From the NCBI RefSeq assembly GCF_004010195.1, contig NC_057750.1, forward strand, positions 316,734 through 337,591: a stretch of DNA of 20,858 nucleotides, written 5' to 3'. Numbering within the stretch: position 1 is the first letter of the stretch; the number at the start of each line of letters is the position of its first letter. A program made the position numbers and the translations under genes. This document shows positions 1 to 9,524 of this stretch, one piece after another. Source of the DNA: Chiloscyllium plagiosum. Lineage: Eukaryota. Under the pieces are notes generated by a model. That model ran no database searches. It saw only the letters and a list, made by a program, of their open reading frames with translations, and was not told the DNA's origin.

Positions 1-2450
1 AATGTCCCCAATGACTCTGCTTCCACCACCATCACTGGCAACGCATTCCATGCATTCACAACTCTCTGCGAAAAGGACCTACCTCTGACGACTCCTTTAT
101 ACCTTCCTCCTAATATCTCCAAACTATGACCCCTCGTGCCAGTCAATCCTGCCCTGGGAAAACGCTTCTGGCTATTGACTCTATCCATGCCTCTCATTAC
201 CTTGTATATCTCGATCAGGTCACCTCCCTACCTCTCTTCCTCCTTCTCTCCAGAAAGAAAAGTCTGAGCTTAGTCAACCTCTCCTCATAAGACAAGCCCT
301 CCAGTCCATGCAGCATCCTGGTAAACCTCCTTTAAACCCTCTCCAAAGCCTCGATAATAGGGCGACGAGAACGAGACAATATTCCAAGTGTGGTCTCACC
401 AGGGACCTGTAGAGCTGCTGCAAAACTTTGCGGCTCTTAAACTCGATCCCACTGTTAATGAAAGCCAAAACACCATATGCTTTCTTAACAACCCTATCCA
501 CTTGGGTGGCAACTTGGAGGAATCTATGTACTTGAACACCAAGATCCCTCTGTTCCTCCACACTGCCAAGAAAGTCTTTAATCCTATATTCAGCATTCAA
601 GTTTGACCTTCCAAAATGCATCACTTCGCATTTATCCAGGTAGAACTCTATCTGGTATTTCTCAGCCCAGCTCTGCATCCTGTCTATGTCGTGCTGCAGC
701 CTGCAGTAGCCCTCTATACTATCAATGGTACCTCCAACCTTTGTGTTATCAGCAAATTTACTAACCCACCCCTCAACCTCCTCATCCAAGTCATTTATAC
801 AAACTACAAAGAGCAGAGGCCCAAGAACAGAGCCCTGCAGCACACCACTCACCACTGACCTCCAGGGAGAATACTTTCCATCTGCAACCACTCTCTGCCT
901 TCTGTCAGCCAGCTAATTCTGAATCCATAAAGCCAAATCTCCCTGTATCTCATACCTCCTGAATTTATGAATGAACCGACACAGGGAATTTTATCAAATG
1001 CTTTGAAGTCTATATGCACCACATCCATTGCTTGATCTTCATCGACCTGTCTCATCATCACCTCAAATAACTCAATAAGATTTGTGAGGCATGACCTGCC
1101 CCTCACAAAGCCAAGCTTACTGCCTTTAATCATGCTAGGCTTTTCCAATAATCATAAATCCTATCCTTCAGAATTTTTTCCAAAACCTTGCTGACCATAG
1201 ATGTATGATTGCCTGGTCTGTAATTGCCAGGGATTTCCCTATTGAAAAGAGGAACAACATTCTCCTCCTTCCAATCCTCCAGTATGACTCTCGTGGAGAG
1301 TGAGGAAGCGAAGATCTTCACTAGCGGCTTAGCAACCTCTTTTCTCACTTCCTGGAGCAACCGAGGTTAAATCTGGTCTGGCCCTGGGGACTTATCAATC
1401 TTAATCTTTTCCAAAATTTCCAGCACATCAACTTCATTAATCTTGATCTGGTCAAGCCTGTTTCCCAGCTCCTCAAAGTTCGCATTCACAACAAGGTCCC
1501 TTTCTTCAGTGAAAACCCAAGCAAAAAACTCATTTATGGCTTCCCCTATCTGCTCAGACTCCATACACAAGTTCCCTCCGCTATCCCTGACCGGCCCTAC
1601 CTTCTCCCTGAACATTCTCTTATTCCTCACATTTGAGTAAAATGCCTTTGGGTTCTCCCTAATCCTTCCCACCAAGCATTTTTCATGCCCCCTCCTGGCT
1701 CTCCACAGTCCATTTTGGAGCTCATTTCTAGTAAGCCTGTAATCCTCGAAAGATGTGCTGGATCCTTGCTTCCTCCACCTTACGTAAGCTGCCTTCTTCC
1801 TTATGATGAGAAGCTCCTCTGTTCTCATCATCCAAGGCTCCTTAATCTTACCCCTTCTTACCTGTCTCAGAGGAAGACATTTATGCATCACTCACAACAA
1901 CTGCTCCTTAAACAGTCTCCACATGTTTGTTGTGCCCTTTCTGTGGAACAATTGCTCCCAATCTGTACTTCCCAACTCCTGTCTGGTAGAATCATAATTT
2001 CCTTTTCCCCAATTAAATATCTTCCCATGGTAACTGTTCCTTTCCTTCTCCATGGCTATGAGAAATGTGAGGCAATTGTGGTCACTGTCACCAACATGTT
2101 CTCCCACTGCGAGATCGGACACCTGTCTTGGCTCATTGCCAAGCACCAAATTCAAAATGGCCTCTCCCCTCATCGGTCTGTCTACATACTGAGTAAGGAA
2201 ACCCTTCTGAACACACCTGAGAAAACGGTTCCATCCAAACCATCTGCACTAAGGAGGTACCATCAATATTGGGAAAGTTGAAGTCACACATAACAAAAAC
2301 GCTGCTACATCTGCATTTTTTTCAGAATCAGTCCGCCTATGAGTTCTTCAATCTCTCTACTGCTATTAGGGGGTCTGTAAAGAAACCCCAATGCGGTGGC
2401 TGCTCCCTTGCTGTTCCTAACTTCCACCCATACTGACTCAGTAGACAAAC
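1..2450 (-). mobile_element. CR1-clade LINE ORF2 remnant (APE endonuclease + reverse transcriptase), frameshifted, 5'-truncated, 3' end runs off the window
   Basis: Minus-strand frames give EN motifs (VMCDFNFPNID near 2265-2295, ILNLVLGN, GDSDHN), [59 protein letters not shown] (catalytic DD degraded to DN), LYRSLVRPHLEY. Many stops and frameshifts. Confidence 0.95.
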
Positions 2451-2487
2451 CTCAGTAGATCTCACTCACTTAAAAAACAATCACTTC

Positions 2488-2650
2488 CCCTTCCAAGTGT
2501 CTCTTGGATAGGCACCTGGAAGATAGTATCTGGAAGATGAAGGGTATGTAGGTTAGTCAGATCTTAGAGTAGGATCTTAGTGGCACAACATCGAGGGCTG
2601 AAGGGCCTGTACTGTACTGGACTGTTCTATGCTCCATGTTCCATGTTCTA
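2488..2650 (+). mobile_element. CR1 LINE 3' end fragment
   Basis: ggcacaacatcgagggctgaagggcctgtactg followed by a (tt/cctatg)n-type tail, matching the LINE ends at 10510-10570 and 14315-14375. Confidence 0.85.
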
Positions 2651-2654
2651 TGAC

Positions 2655-3088
2655 GGGCTTGTTATGTAAGGAGCTATTGGAAACTCTGAGTCTGTATCTG
2701 GTGGAGTTTCTAATGATGAGAGGGGATATCATTGAAACTTACAAGCCTGGATAGAGTGGACACGGAGAAGATGTTTCCACTATTAGCAGAGTCTAGGGTC
2801 TGAGGGCACAGCCTCAGAATGAAGGGACATCCCTTTAGAACTGACATAAGGAGGAATTTCTTCAACCAGAGAGTGGTGACTATGGAACCCGTTGCTGCAG
2901 AGGGCTGTGGAGGCCAAACAACTGAATGTGTTTAAGACTGAGATAAATAGGTTCTTTATTAGTAAGAGGATCAAGGATTGCAGGAGAATGGGGTTGAGAA
3001 ATATATCAGCCATGATTGAATGGTAGAGCAGACTCTGTGGGCTGAATGGTCTAATTTTGCTCCTACATCTTATAGTCTTATGATCTTA
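2655..3088 (+). mobile_element. CR1 LINE 3' end (ORF2 C-terminus + 3' UTR), older subfamily
   Basis: Degenerate RGDIIETYK...RGHS-like segment, aggaatttcttcaaccagagagtggtg, gggctgaatggtctaattttgctcct and tcttatg-type tail. Confidence 0.85.
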
Positions 3089-3090
3089 TG

Positions 3091-3715
3091 ATCAGCCTTT
3101 AATACTAATACTTTTCTCAGGACCCTTTCCCTTGTGACTGTAATTATTTTAAGTTCCTTCCTCCCTTTAACCTCTTCAGTTACAACTTTTTCCGGGATGT
3201 CAGTTGTCTTCCAGTAAAGGCAGATACAAAAATCTGCTCCCCACTTTCCCCTGTTTCTTATTTCCCATGTATTAAACCCAGAGACACACTCTCTAAATGA
3301 CTCACAATTTTCCTTTTCAAAGACATGTTGAAACACATACTATCTTTTTATATGTTTCTAGCCAGCTTTTTTTCAAACTCTAATTTCACGTTCTTTGTTA
3401 CTTTATAATCATTCTTTTTCTTTTTATTCTTACCAACCCTCTGACCTTACTCTAAAATTTTCAGAACTGGACACTTTTTTCTTTCAGTTTGACTCCATCT
3501 ATAACTTTCTTAATTAACCTCACATTCATCTCCTCAATTTGATGAAATGTTTCTGTAAATGTCTGCGATACATTTTTACTGCTCCATCCCTTAGCCTTTT
3601 TACTAAGTTCGCTTTAGCCAGATTTGTCTGCATACCCTTACGATTACCTTAGTTTCACTCCTGTCTTTATCAAATTGAATACAAAATTCAGTCATGTTAT
3701 GATCAGTGTTACCTG
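3091..3715 (-). mobile_element. CR1 LINE internal fragment (end of EN to EN-RT linker), highly decayed
   Basis: Minus-strand GNTDHNMTEF (SDH-like motif) near 3685-3715 and KELKIITVTRERVLRKVLVLKAD, which precedes KSPGPD in intact copies. Confidence 0.75.
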
Positions 3716-3729
3716 AAGGTTGCCTACCC

Positions 3730-3915
3730 TAGAGGATTGTGAATGCTCTATTGTTGAATATATTTCAGGCTTGGATAGATGGATTTTTGACAATTTAAGG
3801 AATCTGGATATGCAAAACAGGCAGAAAAGTAGGGTTGAAGCTGACAATCAGCCCTGAATGTTCTGAATGTGGGGCAGGTCTGAGGGGCTGAATGATCCAT
3901 TTTGGTTCATTCTTT
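3730..3915 (+). mobile_element. Degenerate CR1 3' end
   Basis: gatagatggatttttg...ggggcaggtctgaggggctgaatg resembles the other CR1 3' UTRs in the window. Confidence 0.65.
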
Positions 3916-4080
3916 TACCTCTTTAAGCGTTAGCTGTTGTCTGCAGTGAGACCTTACCCCAGCGCCTTTCTGTTCTGATCCTGTGTATTTGTTTGTGAGG
4001 ATACTAACAAGGAGTGAGCTACATGATGTTTACTCACATATATGTATAACAGTCTTATATGATAGACACATACATGTGTT

Positions 4081-4273
4081 GGAGAAAGTGAGGACTGCAG
4101 GAGTTGGAGAGACAGAGTCGAAAAGTGTGGTGCTGGAAAAGCACAACAGGTCAGGCAGCGAGTCAGGAATGTCATCCCTGATGAAGGGCTTCTGTCCAAA
4201 ATGTCGATTCTCCTTTTCTTCAGATGCTGCCAGACCTCCTGTGCTTTTTCATTGAGTCACCTTTTTTGACTCT
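4081..4273. mobile_element. Short palindromic Penelope-derived non-autonomous element with decayed hammerhead core
   Basis: Arms gaaaagcacaacaggtcaggcagc / gctgccagacctcctgtgctttttc are imperfect reverse complements and homologous to 6507-6616. Flanked by acatacatgtgtt (4068-4080) and acatacatatatt (4274-4286). Confidence 0.8.
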
Positions 4274-4933
4274 ACATACATATATTGTACATGTATAACA
4301 GACATGTATGATTGACGCATGTAAAATAGACATTTCCAACTGGCACCAAGGAAATGGAATCCCAAGTTGACTCAGTGCATCAATGGGATTGTCAGTGGGT
4401 AACATGTAAGCACTAGGAGACAGCATTCCCTCTCCGAACAGCAGATTCTCACTGTATCATTCTTTGAATTCAACCGAAACCAGAGCCATTAACTGTCAAT
4501 GATGTTGATATGAAAATGTCAGTTATTTCTCACTGAAATGTAACCACAAGTGAATGGGTTTCTTAAGATTTCAACAACAAACATTGCTTCCAGTATTGGA
4601 TGAAATGACATTAAAAACAAAGAACTGAACACCAAAGAAATCCTTTGATGTTTCAAAATCCCATTTGTATTTAAGTGCTTCACAATGTACAGTGAGATTG
4701 TTATAATCTGCAGCACAAATCAAAGATTGTCAAATGTTTATTTTACATCCAGACTTCTCTCTGAGCTTCCTGATCCTTGCATTTTTATCAACGATGATGT
4801 ATCCTCAGAGGTGAATCTCACAAATTTGCTCTCTTCCTCACCAGCCCTGGACAATGATATAGGTCAGGCTGCATCCAAGGAGCAGGAGAATCGACATTTT
4901 GGGCATGAGCCCTTCTTCAGGAATGAGGAAAGC

Positions 4934-4989
4934 CCGGGTCTCTGGCGCTGTGAAGCAGCAGTGCTAACCACTGTGCTACCGTGCCGCCC
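4934..4989 (-). mobile_element. 5' head fragment of a tRNA-derived V-SINE (HE1-like) inside the Penelope element
   Basis: Reverse complement gggcggcacggtagcacagtggttagcactgctgcttcacagcgccagagacccggg matches the SINE head at 8377-8432. Confidence 0.85.
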
Positions 4990-5115
4990 ATAAAAGGTAG
5001 GGAGGAGGGACTTGGGGAAGGGGCGTTGGAAATGCGATAGGTGGAAGGAGGTTAAGGTGAGGGTGATAGGCCAGAGTGGGGGTAAGGGTGGAGAGGTCAG
5101 GAAGAAGATTGCAGG

Positions 5116-5529
5116 TTAGGAAGGTGGTGCTGAGTTCGAGGGATTTGACTGAGACAAGGTGGGGGGAGGGGAAATGAGGAAACTGGAGAAATCTGAGTTC
5201 ATCCCTTGTGGTTGGAGGGTTCGTAGGCGGAAGATGAGGTGCTCCTCCTCCAACCATCGTGTTGCCATGGTCTGGCGATGGACGAGGCTAAGGACTTGCA
5301 TTTCCTTGGTGGAGTGGGAGGGGCTGTTGAAGTGTTGAGCCACGGGGTGGTTGGGTTGGTTTGTCCGGTTGTCCCAGGGGTGTTCTCTGAAACATTCCGC
5401 AAGTAGGCGGCCTGTCTCCCCAATATAGAGGAGGCCACATCGGGTGCAGCGGATGCAGAAATGATGTGGTGTGGAGGTGCAGGTGAATTTGTGGCGGATA
5501 TGGAAGTGTCCCTTGGGGCCTTGGAGGGA
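5116..5529 (-). pseudogene. GIY-YIG endonuclease C-terminal domain of the Penelope-like ORF (partial, upstream part in the gap)
   Basis: Open frame SLQGPKGHFHIRHKFTCTSTPHHFCIRCTRCGLLYIGETGRLLAECFREH...PVAQHFNSPSHS...RWLEEEHLIFRLRTLQPQGMNSDF. CxxC, YIGETGR, conserved E and terminal N are typical of PLE endonucleases. Confidence 0.9.
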
Positions 5530-6506
5530 NNNNNNNNNNNNNNNNNNNNNNNNNNNNNNNNNNNNNNNNNNNNNNNNNNNNNNNNNNNNNNNNNNNNNNN
5601 NNNNNNNNNNNNNNNNNNNNNNNNNNNNNNNNNNNNNNNNNNNNNNNNNNNNNNNNNNNNNNNNNNNNNNNNNNNNNNNNNNNNNNNNNNNNNNNNNNNN
5701 NNNNNNNNNNNNNNNNNNNNNNNNNNNNNNNNNNNNNNNNNNNNNNNNNNNNNNNNNNNNNNNNNNNNNNNNNNNNNNNNNNNNNNNNNNNNNNNNNNNN
5801 NNNNNNNNNNNNNNNNNNNNNNNNNNNNNNNNNNNNNNNNNNNNNNNNNNNNNNNNNNNNNNNNNNNNNNNNNNNNNNNNNNNNNNNNNNNNNNNNNNNN
5901 NNNNNNNNNNNNNNNNNNNNNNNNNNNNNNNNNNNNNNNNNNNNNNNNNNNNNNNNNNNNNNNNNNNNNNNNNNNNNNNNNNNNNNNNNNNNNNNNNNNN
6001 NNNNNNNNNNNNNNNNNNNNNNNNNNNNNNNNNNNNNNNNNNNNNNNNNNNNNNNNNNNNNNNNNNNNNNNNNNNNNNNNNNNNNNNNNNNNNNNNNNNN
6101 NNNNNNNNNNNNNNNNNNNNNNNNNNNNNNNNNNNNNNNNNNNNNNNNNNNNNNNNNNNNNNNNNNNNNNNNNNNNNNNNNNNNNNNNNNNNNNNNNNNN
6201 NNNNNNNNNNNNNNNNNNNNNNNNNNNNNNNNNNNNNNNNNNNNNNNNNNNNNNNNNNNNNNNNNNNNNNNNNNNNNNNNNNNNNNNNNNNNNNNNNNNN
6301 NNNNNNNNNNNNNNNNNNNNNNNNNNNNNNNNNNNNNNNNNNNNNNNNNNNNNNNNNNNNNNNNNNNNNNNNNNNNNNNNNNNNNNNNNNNNNNNNNNNN
6401 NNNNNNNNNNNNNNNNNNNNNNNNNNNNNNNNNNNNNNNNNNNNNNNNNNNNNNNNNNNNNNNNNNNNNNNNNNNNNNNNNNNNNNNNNNNNNNNNNNNN
6501 NNNNNN

Positions 6507-6545
6507 ATTCCTGAAGAAGGGCTTATGCCCGAAACGTCGATTCTC
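6507..6545 (+). ncRNA. Minimal type I hammerhead ribozyme motif (Penelope-associated)
   Basis: CUGAAGA-a-GGGC(uuau)GCCC-GAAAC-GUC: conserved core boxes, 4-bp stem II, loopless palindromic stem III (ACGU); stem I is weak. Confidence 0.7.
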
Positions 6546-6858
6546 CTGCTCCTTGGATGCAGCCTGACCTGCTGCGCTTTTCCAGCAACACATTTTCAGC
6601 TCTGATCTCACTTTCTCCTGGACAATGATGTAGCATAACATAGTAATTTTTGGGGTTTGGCCTCAGTAATGTTAGACCACATGTCACTAGAACCTGAGAC
6701 AGAAAGATTCTGATGATGTTCTGCAAGGATCTACCTTGGAAATTGTATAAATAGCCAGAAAACATTTATTAATTTACAGCTCAATGTCTAGTTTTCCTCC
6801 AGCAATGAAACGCCAAATCAGTATTACTTCAGGTTACATTGGGAGTCCAGCCTGACTT

Positions 6859-7132
6859 TATAAGACCATAAGATATAGAAGCAGATGTAGGCCATTCAGT
6901 CCATCGATCCTGCTCCACCATTCAGTGAGATCCTGGCTGATCTGATTATCCTCAACTCCACTTCACTGCCTTTTCCCGATAATCCTTGGAACCTGATTAA
7001 AAGTCTGCCTATCTCAGATTTGAATATACTTAATGACCCAGTCTTGACAGCCCTCTGCGGTAAGGAATTCCCCAGATTCACTGCCTCTGAGAGAAGAAAT
7101 TCCTCCTTGTCTTTGTCTTCAATGTGTGAGAC
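6859..7132 (-). mobile_element. CR1 LINE 3' end (outer element of a nested cluster; continues at 8775-9095)
   Basis: ataagaccataagatatagaagcagatgtaggccattcag is a reverse-complemented CR1 tail; translation NLGNSLPQRAVKTGSLSIFKSEIGRLL. Confidence 0.85.
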
Positions 7133-7134
7133 CT

Positions 7135-8157
7135 TATAGAATATAGAACATCAAACAATACAGTGCAAACAGACTCTTCGGACTTCAATATTGCATCAAC
7201 CTGTGAACTAATCTAAGCCCATCCCCCACACTATCCCATCACCATCCATGTGCTCATCCAAGGATTGTTTAAATCTCCCTAATGTGGCTGAGTTGACTAC
7301 ATTAGCAGGTAGGGCATTCCACACCCTTACCACTCTCTGTGTAAAGTACTTGCCTCTGACATCTGTCTTAAATCTATCACCCCTCAATTTGCAGCTATGC
7401 CCCCTCGTACAAGCAGACGTCATCATCCTAGGAAAAAGACTCTCACTGTCCACCCTAATTCTCTGATCACTTTGCATATCCCTATTAAATTCCCTCTTAG
7501 TCTTCCACTCGCCAATGAGAGCAGACCCAAGTCCATCAGCCTTTCCTGGTAAGACCTTCCCTCCAGACCAGGTAAATCTCCTCTGCGTGTTTTCCAATGC
7601 TTCCACATCCTTCCCGAAATATGGCAACCAGACCTGTACACAATATTCTGAGAGCAGCCGCACTAGCATTTTGTACAGTTGCAGCATGACACCATGGCTC
7701 CAGAACTCAATCCCTCTCCCAATAAAACCTGACACACCGTATGCCTTCCTAACAGCACTATCCACCTGGGTGGCAACTTTCAGGGACTCCAAGATCCCTC
7801 TGCACATCCATACTAACAAGAATCTTTCCATTGACCCAGTACTCTGCCTTCCTGTTATTCTTCCCAAAGTGCATCACCTCACATTTATCTGCATTGAACT
7901 CCATTTGCCACCTCTCAGCCCAATTCTGTAGTTTATCCAAGTCTCCCTGCAACCTGTAACATTCTTCCTCACTGTCCACCACTCCACCGACTTTAGTGTC
8001 ATCAACAAACTTACTAACCCACCCACTTATGCCTGCTTCCAAGTCATTTATAAAAGTGACAAACTGCAGTGGCCCCAAAAAAGATCCACGTGGCACACCA
8101 CTAATAACCAGACTCCAGGCTTAATATTTTCCATCTGCCACCATTTGATGCCTTCTT
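7135..8157 (-). mobile_element. CR1 LINE RT region + 3' end, nested in an older CR1 (continues at 8683-8762)
   Basis: PRGSFLGPLQF, SKFVDDTKVGG, WQMEFNADKCEVMHFG, LYKMLVRLLSEYCVQVW, TRGHSCKL, RGKYFTQRVV; tagaacat-type tail at the left end. Confidence 0.92.
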
Positions 8158-8164
8158 ATTTTGT

Positions 8165-8245
8165 GGGTGGCACAGTGGCACAGTGGTTAGCACTGCTGCC
8201 TCACAGCGCCAGAGACCCAGGTTCAATTCCCGCCTCAGGCGACTG
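8165..8245 (+). mobile_element. V-SINE (HE1-like) 5' head only
   Basis: A box tggcacagtgg and B box ggttcaattcc; near-identical to 8377-8457. Confidence 0.85.
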
Positions 8246-8334
8246 AGCGATGTGGGGTATATCAGAATATTACAGTGAGGGGTGTGGGGTATATCAGTGT
8301 TACAGTGAGCGGTGTGGGGTATATCAGAATATTA
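8244..8334. repeat. Minisatellite, about 3 copies of a 30-32 bp unit (tgagcggtgtggggtatatcagaatattacag)
   Basis: tgtggggtatatcag recurs at about 8251, 8283 and 8313. Confidence 0.9.
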
Positions 8335-8376
8335 GTGGGTGGCACAGTGGCACAGTGGGTGGCACAGTGGCATACT

Positions 8377-8682
8377 GGGAGGCACGGTGGCACAGTGGTT
8401 AGCACTGCTGCCTCACAGCGCCAGAGACGCGGATTCAATTCTCGCCTCAGGCGACTGACTGTGTGGAGTTTGCACATTCTCCCCGTGTCTGCGTGGGTTT
8501 CCTCTGGGTACTCTGGTTTCCTCCCACAGTCCAAAGATGTGCAGGTCAGGTGAATTGGCCATGCTAAGTTGTCCGTAATGTTAGATAAGGGGTACATATA
8601 GGGGTATGGGTGGGTTGCGCTTTGGCGGGGCAGTGTGGACTTGTTGGGCTGAAGGGCTTGTTTCCACACTGTAAGTAATCTA
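8377..8682 (+). mobile_element. Full-length tRNA-derived V-SINE (HE1-like)
   Basis: Pol III A/B boxes, V-domain tgtgtggagtttgcacattctccccgtgtctgcgtgggtttcctc...ggtttcctcccacagtccaaaga, and CR1-like tail gggctgaagggcttgtttccacactgta. Confidence 0.92.
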
Positions 8683-8762
8683 CAGAAAGCCAGATTCTAA
8701 TCCAAACTGCAAAACCACCCTCAATCCCATGCCTCTGCATTTTCTCCAAAAGCCTACCATGT
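8683..8762 (-). mobile_element. Upstream continuation of the CR1 at 7135-8157
   Basis: Translates HGRLLEKMQRHGIEGGFAVWIRIWLS, the RT segment immediately upstream of that at about 8150. Confidence 0.85.
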
Positions 8763-8774
8763 GGGGGACACCAT

Positions 8775-9095
8775 CATCTCTTATTCTGAGATGATGCATC
8801 TTCGTGCTAGACTCTCCCACATGGGGAAACAACCTTTTCATATTTACCCTCCCAAGTCCCTGAAGAATCTTTTATGTTTCAATAAGGTCACCACTCATTC
8901 TTCTTTATTCCAATGAGTACAAGTCCAGCCTCTCAACCTCTCCTTATAAGGCAGTCCCTCCATACCTGATATTAGCTTAGTGAACCTTTCTGGGTTGCTT
9001 CCAATGCCTGTATATCTTTCCTTCGATAAGGGGACCAAGACTGTTGACAGTATTCCAGCAGTGGACTGACTAGTGTCTTGTACAGTTTTCGCAAA
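8775..9095 (-). mobile_element. Upstream continuation of the older CR1 at 6859-7132
   Basis: LRKLYKTLVSPLLEYCQQSWSPYRRKDIQALEATQK, followed by a degraded GDLIET segment. Confidence 0.85.
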
Positions 9096-9099
9096 ATCA

Positions 9100-9292
9100 A
9101 AAGCATAAACATAAAGTATTGGAGAAACACAAAAGGCCTGGCAGCATCTGTAGAAAGAGAGAGATACAGAGTTAACATTTCAAATCCAGTGACCCTTCTC
9201 TTTGTCCCTCTATTGATGCTGACAGACCTGTTGAGTTTCTCTAGCACTTTGTGTTGGTTTCAGATTTCCAGCATCTACTACTTTTGTTTTAT
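9100..9292. mobile_element. Degenerate palindromic Penelope-derived short element
   Basis: aaagtattggagaaacacaaaaggcctggcagcatc is an imperfect inverted repeat of gatgctgacagacctgttgagtttctctagcacttt; related to 20100-20192. Confidence 0.6.
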
Positions 9293-9524
9293 TTTAGCAT
9301 TTATATTTCATTTTAAATGCTCGATGGTGATATATAATAACTCTGGCTAACTGCTGTGGGCTCTGTAAACCAGTGGAATATGAAATGAATTGAAACTGGA
9401 GTCTATTTTCCACAATGTAGGTCTGGCAATGTTGTAACCTCTCCTGTAGAGAAACTTGTTACAATTTTCTTTTCACTGAAATTCTGTTATTCAACAACTC
9501 ACTCACCAATGTAACACAAACATC

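Larger units (their letters stand above)
4861..6616 (-). mobile_element. Penelope-like retroelement with inverted terminal repeats, spanning an assembly gap
   Basis: GIY-YIG frame on the minus strand; 4861-4924 is the near-exact reverse complement of 6507-6570; perfect 13-bp direct repeat cctggacaatgat at 4846-4858 and 6617-6629. Confidence 0.9.

Noticed and set aside
1685..2281. 198-aa plus-strand ORF
   Set aside because: Antisense shadow of CR1 ORF2
3952..4005. Minus-strand donor GGG|gtaagg with a possible micro-exon
   Set aside because: An isolated splice-like motif with no other support
5199..6641. Long ORFs of 347-480 aa in the ORF track
   Set aside because: Artefacts of translating the 977-nt N gap
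8377..8450. tRNA gene
   Set aside because: A/B boxes are present but the sequence continues into the V-domain and LINE-like tail; it is a SINE head
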